A stretch of 63,736 nucleotides of DNA, filler included, from Octopus bimaculoides (GCF_001194135.2; 4 parts of 4 records of this genome joined end to end with filler, not necessarily neighbours in it); one strand, 5' to 3'; positions 12,131 through 24,804 are shown, counted from the first letter of the whole stretch. The notes: generated by a model not told the origin, from the letters alone. Numbers and translations are program-made.

Positions 12131-14395
12131 CCCTTTTCTTTATGCTTTTCGAGGATATACATATGTGTATATGTTTTCTTCTACTTTTGATTACATGAAA
12201 TATCCCTCTTAGAACGTAGTTGGTTTCGAACAGACACAAAGCTCCACCGTTGGAATGTAGATTGCAAAAACAAATTCACATATTGAACTTGAGAAACGTC
12301 TTGCATATTTTTACTGTTCCTCTTACATATTGTATTTATAATGTATGTAGGCATGTATGCATGGACGTAGATATCTATTGTGTTTGTATATACATTTCGT
12401 TTCACAAACGGTACAAGGAACAACAGAAATTAGAAAACTTTTACATGAATATCAAAACAGTGAAAAAATAAAACAAACTAAAAATACACAAAAACCTTCA
12501 AACAAAAACACGATAAAATCTCTCCTGAAATAAAGAATTTCAATAAAAGCCTTTAAGAGAATTTTGTACAAAAATAGAAAAACCTTGAGTATTTTAGATT
12601 TAGAAATGTAGTTTTATTGTTATTTATTTTATAGTTTTTTTATCATATTCTTTTTTTAATCATATTTATTATTGTTCTTTTTTGTTTGTTTTTGTTCAGT
12701 CAAATTGTTAGAATTATTTCAAATTCTTTATCAATTTCCTCTCACTTTCGACTTTTTTTCCTTTTTAGATGCTTATTTATATTTGTATTTATTTATTTAT
12801 TTGTTTTGTTTTCCTTTCCAAAAACTTTTCAAAAATTTACCGTTTCAAAGAACAGAGAGAAGGTAGTAAAAAAAATTGCAGTTCTAAACCACGCATGAAC
12901 ATTCATTCATAGATACATATATATACACATACATACATGCATACATATATACATATGTATATATATNNNNNNNNNNNNNNNNNNNNNNNNNNNNNNNNNN
13001 NNNNNNNNNNNNNNNNNNNNNNNNNNNNNNNNNNNNNNNNNNNNNNNNNNNNNNNNNNNNNNNNNNNNNNNNNNNNNNNNNNNNNNNNNNNNNNNNNNNN
13101 NNNNNNNNNNNNNNNNNNNNNNNNNNNNNNNNNNNNNNNNNNNNNNNNNNNNNNNNNNNNNNNNNNNNNNNNNNNNNNNNNNNNNNNNNNNNNNNNNNNN
13201 NNNNNNNNNNNNNNNNNNNNNNNNNNNNNNNNNNNNNNNNNNNNNNNNNNNNNNNNNNATATATATATATATATATACACGCACGCTTCTTTCTGTTTAT
13301 ATTTGAATTAGTTTGAGTCCATTTAAATACGCTTTCTGTCGGTTTGTTGAGTTTTAAAAAGTCATTTCTTAAAAGTTCATTTATCATGATAACAATAATT
13401 GAAATTATTATTATTATTATTATAATTAATTTTATTCTCATTATTATTATTGTTGTTGTTGCACTATCTTTGTTGCACTATTTTCTATATACAGTGGTTA
13501 ATTGTTCTTTATTTGTCGTTAACATTGAATATGAAACGTTGGCATGTAAAAAAGAGGTGTCGTAAATAGCCAAGTCTTACGTGACCCTGACTAAAAACAC
13601 TTTAGAATGTCATATATCTTTCCAAGGCCGGCAAAGTCTTTCTTTCTCTTTTCAAATTTGCTGGTTTAATCCGCCTTTTATTGTCTATAAACAAAAACCA
13701 TCAGCAATAAAGCGGTGCCAATTCGACTGAGCCTACACCATTTCCCCTTGCAACTCTGATAAAGGGGTACTTGTAATTACATAAGAAATCATCAGTCATT
13801 ATTAACGTTAGTCTTTTTTCATAATTATTATTATTATTAGTGTCAATATAATAAACGACTTCTTACAAGCTTTATGTGTGTGTGTATGTGTGTGCTGGCA
13901 CAAACGGTAGAGCGTTGAATTTTTTTCTGATATATTATTAGCATTTTTTTAAATATGCAATTCCTTTTCATTCAGACTCTCGAAGTTTGGTGCCACAGAA
14001 TCCTGTTTTTCAAATCCTGCCGCCTTAATAAATAAATGTTTTTTTTCTTTTTTTTTTTATATATTTTGCTGCTGTCGTTTGATGCGGCAGGAAATAAAAC
14101 GTATAAATAGAACAAATAATTGACAGAGTTGTCCCGAGGGGAATAGGTTAGGTAGGGGCTCGATTTACGCCATTCACTGTTCATAAATCCCCTTCCTTTT
14201 AGAATATTGGAGCATTTTTGCTCCTAGTCCGATAAAAACCGATATTCATTTTCAGCTTACCATTATTAATATTATTATTATAACTGTTATCAATCATTGT
14301 TTACCGTCTTTGCTGATATTGTAACCAGCTTGTTGAATACTGATATCAATATCGTTTTTTTCATAATCGTTTTTTCACACCATCATCATTTCGTA

Positions 14396-14503
14396 TTATT
14401 AATGACAAAAACTTTATAACCACGCCTTTTTTTTTACATTAATATTAATTTCTACATTAATATTAATGACAAAACTTTTACAACCACGCCTTTTTTTACA
14501 TTA
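14396..14503 (+). repeat. ~60-bp tandem duplication in the probable Hmx 3' region
   Basis: attaatgacaaaa.cttt..aaccacgcctttttttacatta twice. Confidence 0.75.
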
Positions 14504-14836
14504 CTGTTTTTTTTTTTCATTGATACTTTTTGCACAGTTGCTTCATTGCATGAACGTATAGAATGCATATATATATATATATGTGTGTGTGTGTGTCTGT
14601 ATATGTATATGTATGTGCATTTACATATATATGCATATATATATTGTATATGTATATATGTAATATATTATAAATGTTTCATATATTCATATATATGTTT
14701 TATATATGTACATATACATACACTATATTATATATAATAATATTATGACTATATCTATATACATATAGTATAATAGATATATATATCGTTCATATATATG
14801 TTATATATACAATTTTTTGTTATTCAGTTTTGTAAA

Positions 14837-14871
<35 letters not shown>

Positions 14872-14938
14872 TATATGCACATATGTGTGTGAGTGTGTAT
14901 AAGACTGTATGTATGAAATAGTCTGTGAGATAGATTCG

Positions 14939-15612
14939 TTATACCATTCCTGATAACGACTGTCGCAGTGAAGGCGATACAGGTGTGTAGCTATGTGTGA
15001 TGCAACGAGGATCTCTTAATGACGCCAAAGAGCTACTGTAGGAATTGGAAGATTCTGGTCCCGTAGACACAGTGACAGCACCACCATCGTGATAAAGAAC
15101 AGGGACACGCACCATTCGGTGAGCCGCATGCGCTATATTTGCGGCTTCTAGCTCCGCAGCTAATTGCCGCTTCCATTTGTTTCTGCGGTTTTGAAACCAT
15201 ATTTTCACCTGGGTTTCCGTCAGCCGTAGCGAAGCGGCCAGACCAGCCCTTTCTGAGCTCGACAGATACCGTTTCACATCAAACGTTGATTCCAACTGAT
15301 AGACCTGACTGCGTGAAAACACGGTTCTCGTTTTCTTCTTCCGTCTGTTTTTTCGATCGTCATCGCAACTGTTTGGGTTGCTGTTAGATTTGTCATCTTT
15401 GTGTCTATCGCCATCGGCTGTACCGTCACCCACCAAATCCCGATCGATCGGTGACGATTTGGGTGAGTCTGATACATCTGGTGACGCTTCGTCCACCGTT
15501 GGCGAGAGTCGACTGCAATCTGGCGGCGAGAGTTTTTCAGGCAGAGGTAGATGAGGGTGGCTGGGGTCCAAAGGACTAGGTGGCATACCAGGACTGACAG
15601 CGGACGGGCCTT
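14939..15612 (-). CDS. Hmx: Hmx/NK5 (H6-like) homeobox gene, terminal coding exon (phase-1 acceptor, 223 aa plus stop)
   Basis: Translation contains [59 protein letters not shown] followed by the HMX-family motifs LAAELEAAN and [10 protein letters not shown]; TAA at 14941-14939. The ORF-track start at 15781 lies in TA/CA microsatellite; the real boundary is the acceptor ttttactgatttctttgtttcAG|AAGGC at 15613/15612. Confidence 0.95.
15161..15340 (-). other. Hmx: Homeobox (60 codons, Q50 N51), HMX/NK5 family
   Basis: K1..R5..F8..WFQNRR helix 3; no intron inside the homeobox. Confidence 0.95.
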
Positions 15613-15640
15613 CTGAAACAAAGAAATCAGTAAAAGTTAT
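15613..15640 (-). promoter_or_regulatory. 3' splice site (polypyrimidine tract, CAG, possible branch point TACTGAT)
   Basis: Minus strand reads ...gataacttttactgatttctttgtttcag| directly before the Pro/Ser-rich coding sequence. Confidence 0.75.
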
Positions 15641-15894
15641 CTCGTATAGACAGAAGGACGGATCACACATATACACACATAAACAGACACATTTATATAT
15701 AAAACAATAGAAACAAATGTAATATATATATATATATATACATTGATATATATACATTGATATATAGCTGCATATACACATACATGTCGCAAAAGAAGAA
15801 GAATGGACAGCTTAAATTTTTGCTACGCGTGTTTCCTAGAACTATCATTTATTCAATAATGAATAATAGATATATAGGCATATAGATAGATCAA

Positions 15895-15972
15895 CAGACA
15901 GATAAATAGATAGATAGATCGATAGGTAGACAGACATATAGATAGGTGAACATGCAGACATATAGATTGATT

Positions 15973-16022
<50 letters not shown>

Positions 16023-16054
16023 CAGATAGAAAGGTTGATGGATGGATGGATGGC

Positions 16055-16088
<34 letters not shown>

Positions 16089-16090
16089 CA
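15895..16090. repeat. (GATA)n/(GATG)n tract
   Basis: Direct inspection. Confidence 0.95.
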
Positions 16091-17758
16091 TTTCTTTTAT
16101 TAGCCACACAGGGCTCAACGAAGATGGGACAAATACAATGTAGAGCTTNNNNNNNNNNTTAGCCACACAGGGCTCAACGAAGATGGGACAAATACAATGT
16201 AGAGCTTTTCTTTTTGGGAGGGGGAAGGAAGGAAAAAAAAAAAAAAAAGATAGATAGATAGATAGATAAATAGACAGATAGAAATATTGAAGGAAAGAGA
16301 GTTAGAGTGATTGTGGTTATATATGTGGTGAGAATACGAGGCGTAAACCACAGAACTTCATAAAGAAAAAGAGAATAAGAACGCTAGGAAGAGAATGAAG
16401 CGAGAGGTGTAATGCCTGTTTCTACATACACATACATAGACATACACCCTCTTACGCATACAAACGTACACAAATATTTTCACAAGGATGTTGAGATTAA
16501 TACAATATTAATTGGATTAATTAATCTATATATTCTGTAAAAAAAAAATTGATATTTGAAACTGAGTCTTAATGTTTGTAGTAAATCTCTAGTGTATTGA
16601 TTTTCCGTGATATATACACTCATTTGTCATATTTATACATACATACATATACAAACACACACACATATATATATTATATATATGTACATACATATATACA
16701 TACATAGATATATACACACATATATGTATNNNNNNNNNNNNNNNNNNNNNNNNNNNNNNNNNNNNNNNNNNNNNNNNNNNNNNNNNNNNNNNNNNNNNNN
16801 NNNNNNNNNNNNNNNNNNNNNNNNNNNNNNNNNNNNNNNNNNNNNNNNNNNNNNNNNNNNNNNNNNNNNNNNNNNNNNNNNNNNNNNNNNNNNNNNNNNN
16901 NNNNNNNNNNNNNNNNNNNNNNNNNNNNNNNNNNNNNNNNNNNNNNNNNNNNNNNNNNNNNNNNNNNNNNNNNNNNNNNNNNNNNNNNNNNNNNNNNNNN
17001 NNNNNNNNNNNNNNNNNNNNNNNNNNNNNNNNNNNNNNNNNNNNNNNNNNNNNNNNNNNNNNNNNNNNNNNNNNNNNNNNNNNNNNNNNNNTATATATAT
17101 ATATATATATATATGTGTGTATGTATAAAGAAATACATCGAAATGTATGTATGAGTATGGATTTGTTCGTGGAAATATGTATAGCTCCGTGTGTATATAC
17201 ACACACTCACACACACCCACACACACAGATACACACATACACCTATATATACCCCCACAGATACACACACACGTGTGTACGTATACATCAAAACAGTTCC
17301 ATAGAGAATGTAATTTATATGATCCGAATTCTTTTAACACCGCTGCAATCTTCAAGCAAGAACTGCTTATTTTTTTCAGTGTTTAGGTTAGTTTCATATA
17401 CACAAGAATCGCTTCATCCATGTATCTATGTCTATCGTTTTCATTGATTGGTTTTAAGTGTTATTTTATAAGATCGTTTTTATAGTTTCATTCGCCAACT
17501 CGTTGGGTCTTTCATGTTTTTTTTTATTTCAATGGCCGTCCTACTTGTTCGTTATCTGAATATCGCTTTTCAGCTTCTGCTCTGTGTATTTCTTATCTTT
17601 CTTTTCATGAATCTTCTTTCCTATTGAACAGTTTCATGGGCTACTTTTACTTATCGATTACGTAATCGCATCCTGTTTGTCTATTAAGCTGTTATAGTAA
17701 ATTAGTTATATGCATACACACATGCTCACACACTCACACGTGCGCGCAAACATACACA

Positions 17759-17802
<44 letters not shown>

Positions 17803-17884
17803 TACACACACTGTGCGAGTATGTGCAGATATATAACTGGAATAAAGGTAATATTAAGCAAAGTGCACAATATATATATATATA

Positions 17885-17984
17885 NNNNNNNNNNNNNNNN
17901 NNNNNNNNNNNNNNNNNNNNNNNNNNNNTTAATTAATTAANNNNNNNNNNNNNNNNNNNNNNNNNNNNNNNNNNNNNNNNNNNN
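17885..17984. other. Artificial scaffold join: 44 N + TTAATTAATTAA + 44 N
   Basis: Exactly 100 bp; linker is palindromic with stops in all six frames; identical structure elsewhere. Confidence 0.92.
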
Positions 17985-18038
<54 letters not shown>

Positions 18039-18122
18039 GTAAGAATGAACAGATGTGACGGCGTTAATGGAGACCAGCTACAGCAATGTTGTTGGAATGT
18101 CCAGCATACTTGATGACAATTC

Positions 18123-18136
18123 ACACCAGATGGCGC
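18123..18136 (+). promoter_or_regulatory. CTCF-like motif ACACCAGATGGCGC
   Basis: 13/14 match to CCASYAGRKGGCRS. Confidence 0.45.
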
Positions 18137-18460
18137 TCTAAATCACCCCGCACGCTACTCTCAGACCCAGAACGCTACGGCTGCTGCCCCTGCAGTTCTT
18201 TCTGCTGCCCCTGCTGTTGTTGCTATCGATGGACATAGGGACATAACCGACCACTCTACAGAACTGCTCACATTTAAGGGACACTGTCCCCTTTACATAC
18301 ACAGGCATATACCTGATCCTCCTATTGCAGTATTTTTTCCCCCCATTAAAGGAATAATAGCGTTTTATACACAGCCAAACATACACACACACACTCGCTC
18401 GCATCACACTAACATCTTGGCGCGCAACCAGCAGAAGGCCATTCCAATAGGATCAATTAC

Positions 18461-18695
18461 GGCGGCGAGTTGGCAGAAACGTTAGCACGCCGGACGAAAT
18501 GCTTAGCGGTATTTCGTCTAGCGTTACGTTCTGAGTTCAAACTCCACCAAGGTCGACTTTGCCTTTCATCCTTTCGGGGTCGATTAAATAAGTACTAGTT
18601 ACGCACTGGGGTCGATGTAATCGACTGAAACCCTTTGTCTGTCCTTGTTTGTCCCCTCAATGCTTAGCCCCTTGTGGGCAATAAAGAAATAAATA
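18461..18695 (+). mobile_element. Full-length SINE family A, alternative tail (...ccccttgtgggcaataaagaaataa)
   Basis: Intact A/B boxes and core; a similar tail lies in reverse at ~16090-16148. Confidence 0.88.
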
Positions 18696-18889
18696 TGATC
18701 AATTGGCAATGATCCACTCACCAACACACCGCAGCCCCTGTTCACTCAGCTTCTTGAGATATCTTTACATCTCCTTTCACTTACTCTCCACCTGACATTC
18801 AAACCCTCCTCTTGGCATCCTATTCTCATATATCACCTACACAAATCTGGATATGTCCCCCCTCTCTCTCCCTTTCTCTCCCTCCCTCC

Positions 18890-18924
<35 letters not shown>

Positions 18925-18934
18925 NNNNNNNNNN

Positions 18935-18978
<44 letters not shown>

Positions 18979-19603
18979 TCTCTCACTATCTCTCTCTCTC
19001 TCAATGTCTTCCATATCCTCGCAATTAAAGTTTACCCCTCTACTTCTCCAGTTCCATTCGACTGGACAAATTTTCCTAGAATTTACGAACTGCCACTCAT
19101 GCATCGATGGATGAATCTAGTCTCTCAAAGAATTATCTTCATTTGAGATTTATCAGTCAACAACTAAACATTCTCTTCTTCACATCTGTTCTGTAATGTT
19201 CGTTGCAGAATCCACCAAATTTCTTCCCATCAACTATTGACTCTTCTAAGATTCTCAAATTACCATCCAGTATGGGCACAACCCTAGTGCTGAACCATAT
19301 AAAAGATTAAAAGAATATATGTGTGTATGTGTGTGTATTCATAAAAAACAAAGAATCTTATTGACAGTGACCTCGAAGTTTCGGCAACTTAAGCCATATA
19401 TATATCACATCCGAGAGTGAGATACCATGGCTGTGATTTGAACCCGTCCACGCTAGTTCAAAATTTAATCAACAACCCGACATCTTACAATGTATGTAGT
19501 GGTGCAAGACAGAGGGTACAGGCCCTGTTTAAATAGTACACCTTGTAAATGTGGGTGGCACGATTATAAGGACCGCCTACTGCGACGTGGCTGAGTTGAG
19601 AAT

Positions 19604-19740
19604 AAACAATTGTTTGCTAACAGATGGAAACTGAAAGGTTTATTTGCATTTGATCGTTTCCTTTTCTGATTGGTTATATTAAAATAGGGGAGGGGCTGTG
19701 AACCCAGGGGGTGTAATGTTTAGCGAACAAGGGGCAGGGG
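19604..19740. promoter_or_regulatory. Candidate promoter/enhancer: Sox palindrome, E-box, octamer, CCAAT, GC boxes
   Basis: AAACAATTGTTT 19604, CAGATG 19621, ATTTGCAT 19642, CTGATTGGTT 19666, GGGGAGGGGC 19687, GGGGCAGGGG 19731. Confidence 0.45.
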
Positions 19741-19824
19741 AGTTAGAGAATAATGCTAGAGAGTACATTCATTCACACCTCTCTGTCATTCTAGCAGACA
19801 CAAAGTTTCATTTTGCTATATACG

Positions 19825-19825
19825 T

Positions 19826-19921
<96 letters not shown>

Positions 19922-19976
19922 GTATATATGTGTGTGTGTATATGTATATATATATGTATATGTATATATGTATATG

Positions 19977-20023
<47 letters not shown>

Positions 20024-20082
20024 ATATATACATACACACACAAAGACACATGCACATACGTATAAGCACCTATGATTGTATG

Positions 20083-20116
<34 letters not shown>
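19825..20116. repeat. Compound (CA)n/(TA)n/(TG)n microsatellite
   Basis: Direct inspection. Confidence 0.95.
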
Positions 20117-20117
<1 letters not shown>

Positions 20118-20151
20118 TATTAATATGAAAACTGAACAGGTTCTGCTCTTC

Positions 20152-20772
20152 GCCATCAGTATTTGGACACCTCAGACTTTGCAGTTTTCGTAAGTGTATC
20201 ATTCCCTTGTCCATGGCCCGTCAATTGATGTTAGAGCAGTGTTGCAAAATTGCCGCCTGGCAAGAAGTTTTTCAGTCCCCTACTGTAGTTCATCGCAAGT
20301 TTAAGAAGGTTTATGGCCATCACACCGCTCCAACGCGTAGCACAATTTGTGCTATCCATCTCTCGAAAGAGGATCTGTTCTTGACGAACCACGCAGCAGA
20401 AGACCTGCTACTACCACCATTAATGAAGACACCGAACTCCTGAAGCAGGCGTTCGAGAAAAGCTAGAGGACGATTACCGACTTCAGGTTGTTCCAAGGTT
20501 TCAAGCGGAAGACTATGATGCTCGTGTGGGAATGTGTTAATCACTCCTCCACCATTACTAAAACGACTCTCAGTTCTTGAAAAACTTACGGTTCAGCGAG
20601 AAGTCTATCTTTCATCTCTCTGGTTGGGTAAACCGAAACAATGGTCGAATTTGAGGAGAATCAAAAGCAGCAGAAATTCTTGAACATGACCGACACTCTC
20701 CGAAGCTGATAGTGTGGTCTGCCATGGGCATTTACAAAAACTTCACAGTCTGAGGTGTCAAATACTGATGGC
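20152..20772 (+). mobile_element. Deleted rosa/Visitor (DD41D)-like mariner derivative bounded by ~42-bp inverted repeats
   Basis: [23 protein letters not shown]... and FSEKSIFHLSGWVNRNNGRI*GES...HSPKLIVWSAMG (FSDEAxFHLxGxVN...WG signature); IR 20152-20193 vs 20732-20772. Confidence 0.75.
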
Positions 20773-20784
20773 CTCAAGTCTCTG

Positions 20785-20955
20785 CGAATGATACCTGAAA
20801 CGAAATAGTCTACGGTGGTGAGGTTCGTTTCCATAGTAATTTTGAGTCCCATGGAGCCTCGGACACTAACCAGGTCCTTTCTAAGCCTTTCGAGTGTGTG
20901 TCCGTTGGATCCTCTAGAGATGGCCAAGCGTCACCTCTGAAGAGACCGAAGTGAA
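20785..20955 (-). mobile_element. Penelope-like element reverse transcriptase fragment
   Basis: FGLFRGD (YRDD-like, frameshifted) then [40 protein letters not shown], resembling PLE RT GLKITIE.N...VDFLD. Confidence 0.65.
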
Positions 20956-20956
20956 T

Positions 20957-21040
<84 letters not shown>

Positions 21041-21567
21041 GTATATGAATGTATGCATGTATGTATGTATATGCAAGTATTTTTTTTATTGTAATAATAA
21101 TAATGTTAAGAAGAGCAACAAGAATATTCTTACATACATACACATATACAGACATTCATACATACGTACATACGTACAGTCTTACACTCACACACCAAAA
21201 TCAAACACAGGAGCATACTAACAAATCTACCCGGCTCGTACCCGAGATCTCTCTCTCTCTCTCTCTCTCATCTACCCTGATGACATACCCACCATATTCC
21301 ACCACCAGCACCACCTCCATTCCCCCCATGCAACCATTCGCCTATCATTCCTCACCTATTATATCCCGGAGATATTGCCATTATAGCATTCGTAATAACC
21401 ACCACCACCACTACTACTACTACTACTATATGTTGTTGTTGTTTTATTATTATTATGGTGAGGCCGGAAGCCACAGCTGGCTTCCTTTAGTTCCTCTTGC
21501 TAGCAGCTCCATCTAATGGAGTTTGGAGGAGGCAGAAAGATTTTTCAAATTGGGAGGGTGGACTGCT

Positions 21568-21624
<57 letters not shown>

Positions 21625-23539
21625 ATTAGAATGAGTGAAAATTTGTGTATTATGTATCTGTGTGTGTGTATATGATTGCTCTTTGTGTATGTGTTTCATG
21701 TTTGAGTGTACCTCTGAGTATGGGTGTGTGTATGCACTCGCGTGAGAGAGAGAGAGAAAGAGAGAAAGAGAGACAGACAGACAGACAGAGAAGGAAGGAG
21801 AACGTGTGTGAAACAGACAGAGAGACACGCGCACACAACTAATATGTGTATATACAAACAACCACATATATAGTCATATGTTTATGTATGCGTATGTGCA
21901 CGTGATTTTGCTTATGTGTGTGTGTATGTATGTATGTATGTATGTATGTATGTGTGTGTGTGTGTATATGAAGGGCGGTGCAATGGTTAGTTCAGTTGAA
22001 ATAGGTAATACCTGAAGAGGCTGGCATCATTGTTTTGGGTCCAGATGTGCCATTAACTTAGCGTCGAAGAGAATACGGTTTTGGATGTAATTTGAAGAAT
22101 ATTGGATGTTGAAGTCATAGAATTGGAGAGAAAGGGAGAGGGGGGAACAAGAGGGAGTAGGACTGGTTATTATATGTATGTGTGTGTGTGTGTGTGTGTG
22201 TCTATATGTATGTGTGAACTTACACACACACACACACATACACAGCAATACATACACAGATACAGAGAGAGTGAAAGAGAGAGAGAGTAAAAACAAATGG
22301 AAATAAAATGGAAAATGAAAATTTCTGAAGAAATAATTTGTTTTCTTTTCTTAAATGTGTTTTGAGTGCACAATTCTGGTCTCTCTACCTATTAACAATG
22401 GTAATAACATACATACATACATATACGCACACACACTTTCATACATACATACATACATACATACATACATACATACATACATACACACACACAAACGCAC
22501 ACACACACATTCGCATACATACATGCGTGTGTGTGTATGTATGTACGTCCGTCAATGCATGTATGTCCATATCTTACACATAGACGCATACATATTCTAA
22601 TGGATGTCGCGCCTAGATAAGTACGACTTGGTAACAAACACATTTCTTATTAACTGTAAAAGCGAATCTTCTTGACTGATGCCTCGTGGGGCCATTGACT
22701 AAAGCCACTGCTACAATTATTTCCACAAATATCGATGAATATTGATGGCGGATCTTGCATGGTTGATATTCTTCTCGTATTTTGGTGGGGTTAATTCTTG
22801 TTGCTTCTTCCACTTCGACGCCGTCAACTTTGACCCTTGTCAATGGCCCTCTTCTATTGACCGCTGTTAATCGCCGTCGGTTGCTCTCTCTCTCTCTCCA
22901 CCTGTTGCTCTGGGACCTCTTTCTTAGCCGAAAACGTTGTGTTAACAACAAACAAGAAGAGGACAAATATCCGTCAAACGTAAATAAGGTAAATAATGAC
23001 CACCACGGAGGAATCGTCTTAAGCTTAAATAAGAAACGTCACGAGACGTTTCCCGAGACTCCAACGATTTCACCAATATTCTCCACTTCTCTAAATTCTA
23101 ACGAATCCAGATTTCTTGCCAAATATGACAATGCCAACTTTACTATTAATGTTTCGTGCAGCCGGCGTCCCTCGGTATTCGTTTGTCAGTTATTTAAACA
23201 AAGTTGCTATCAAGATAAAATCACGAAGTTCTGAATTGTGTGTCGGACCAAGTCCATGATGGTGGGCGTAATGGGCGAAGGGGGTCAGAAATCCATTTGG
23301 GGACCTGTCAATAAACGAGGAATCAAAGAAGGTTTTTCATGTTCTGTCCTGTTCCTCGTCCCCTCGGTCCAGACTTCCCCCCGTCCTTTTCCTTCTCTTT
23401 TTATATACATCGGTGGTGAAAGGATGTCTGGAATTGGGGACACGGAAAAAGGAACAAGGTACAAGGAACGGCTATTGGGGGAAACGGAGCAGACTGGGAG
23501 CACGCGCGTATGTGTGGGTGGGTATATATATGTGTCCTC

Positions 23540-23574
<35 letters not shown>

Positions 23575-24448
23575 ATATGTATGGATCTATGTATATATTA
23601 TATATAAATATGTATGTATGTGTATATATATTTGTGTGTACATGTATATATAGATAGATAGATACATACATACATACATACATATATACATATATAAATA
23701 CGTGTTTGTGTGTGCGTGTGCATGTATCTATATATACATGTACACACAAATATATATACACACATATACACATATTTTATATATATGTGTGTGTGTTTAT
23801 GTATTATGTGATTCTGTGCCAGTGAGACAATGACAAGGATGATATTGAAAATAATGATGGTGGTGGGGGTGGTATTAGTGGTATTGGGGTGGTGATGGTG
23901 GTAGTGGCGGTGGTAGTGGCGGTGGTAGTGACGATGTTTGTAACGGTGGTCCTGATGGCAGTGGTGGCGGTGGTGGTGGTGGTGGTCTGTATGCTCTATG
24001 TATATTGTAGAACGATAGTGGGGTGGAATGGGGTGGTGTCCAGTGTTCTTGCCCCCACCTCCACCTCCATGATAACAAAGCATATCTCTGAGGTAAGAGT
24101 CGCCCACCCCATTCTACCCGTAACTACACTATCTGTCTAATCCAGACACCATCCATACACAGGCATGCATCTACCGTTCCCTCACTCGTCTCCCTTTCGC
24201 CACTCTCCCTTATACTGACCTCCCCACCCGGGAGCTGACCCCTATCAGATCTCTCCCATCTCTTGGCAGTTGACAGAAGCTACGGCTAAGGTTTCCAAAG
24301 GAACCTGTTCCTGGACCCCCAGATAAGCTGGAGATAGTGGCAACTCGAGACAGATGAGTGACGCTCTCACACTCCTTACCCTCACTCCACTGGCTGTACT
24401 CTGCACCTCTCTCATCTAACCCAACCACTCATCTTTTACTCTCTCCCT

Positions 24449-24804
<356 letters not shown>

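Noticed and set aside
15613-15781. N-terminal 56 aa of the 280-aa ORF ([10 protein letters not shown]...)
   Set aside because: Intronic TA/CA microsatellite read-through upstream of a clear splice acceptor.
16099-16208. 50-bp direct repeat around a 10-N gap
   Set aside because: Probably overlapping contig ends of a SINE tail; assembly artefact.
18113-18358. Ala-rich open frame (DGALNHPARYSQTQNATAAAPAV...)
   Set aside because: No ATG, poor acceptor, opposite strand to Hmx, no homology I recognise.
22782-23234. 150-aa plus-strand ORF and overlapping 117-aa minus ORF
   Set aside because: Non-ATG starts, no recognisable domain, spans a CT microsatellite, no convincing splice sites.
24040-24430. 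Purine-rich minus-strand segments (also 46000-46500) with VGDSYLR, a possible LINE ORF1 esterase motif
   Set aside because: Single short motif, too degenerate to call.
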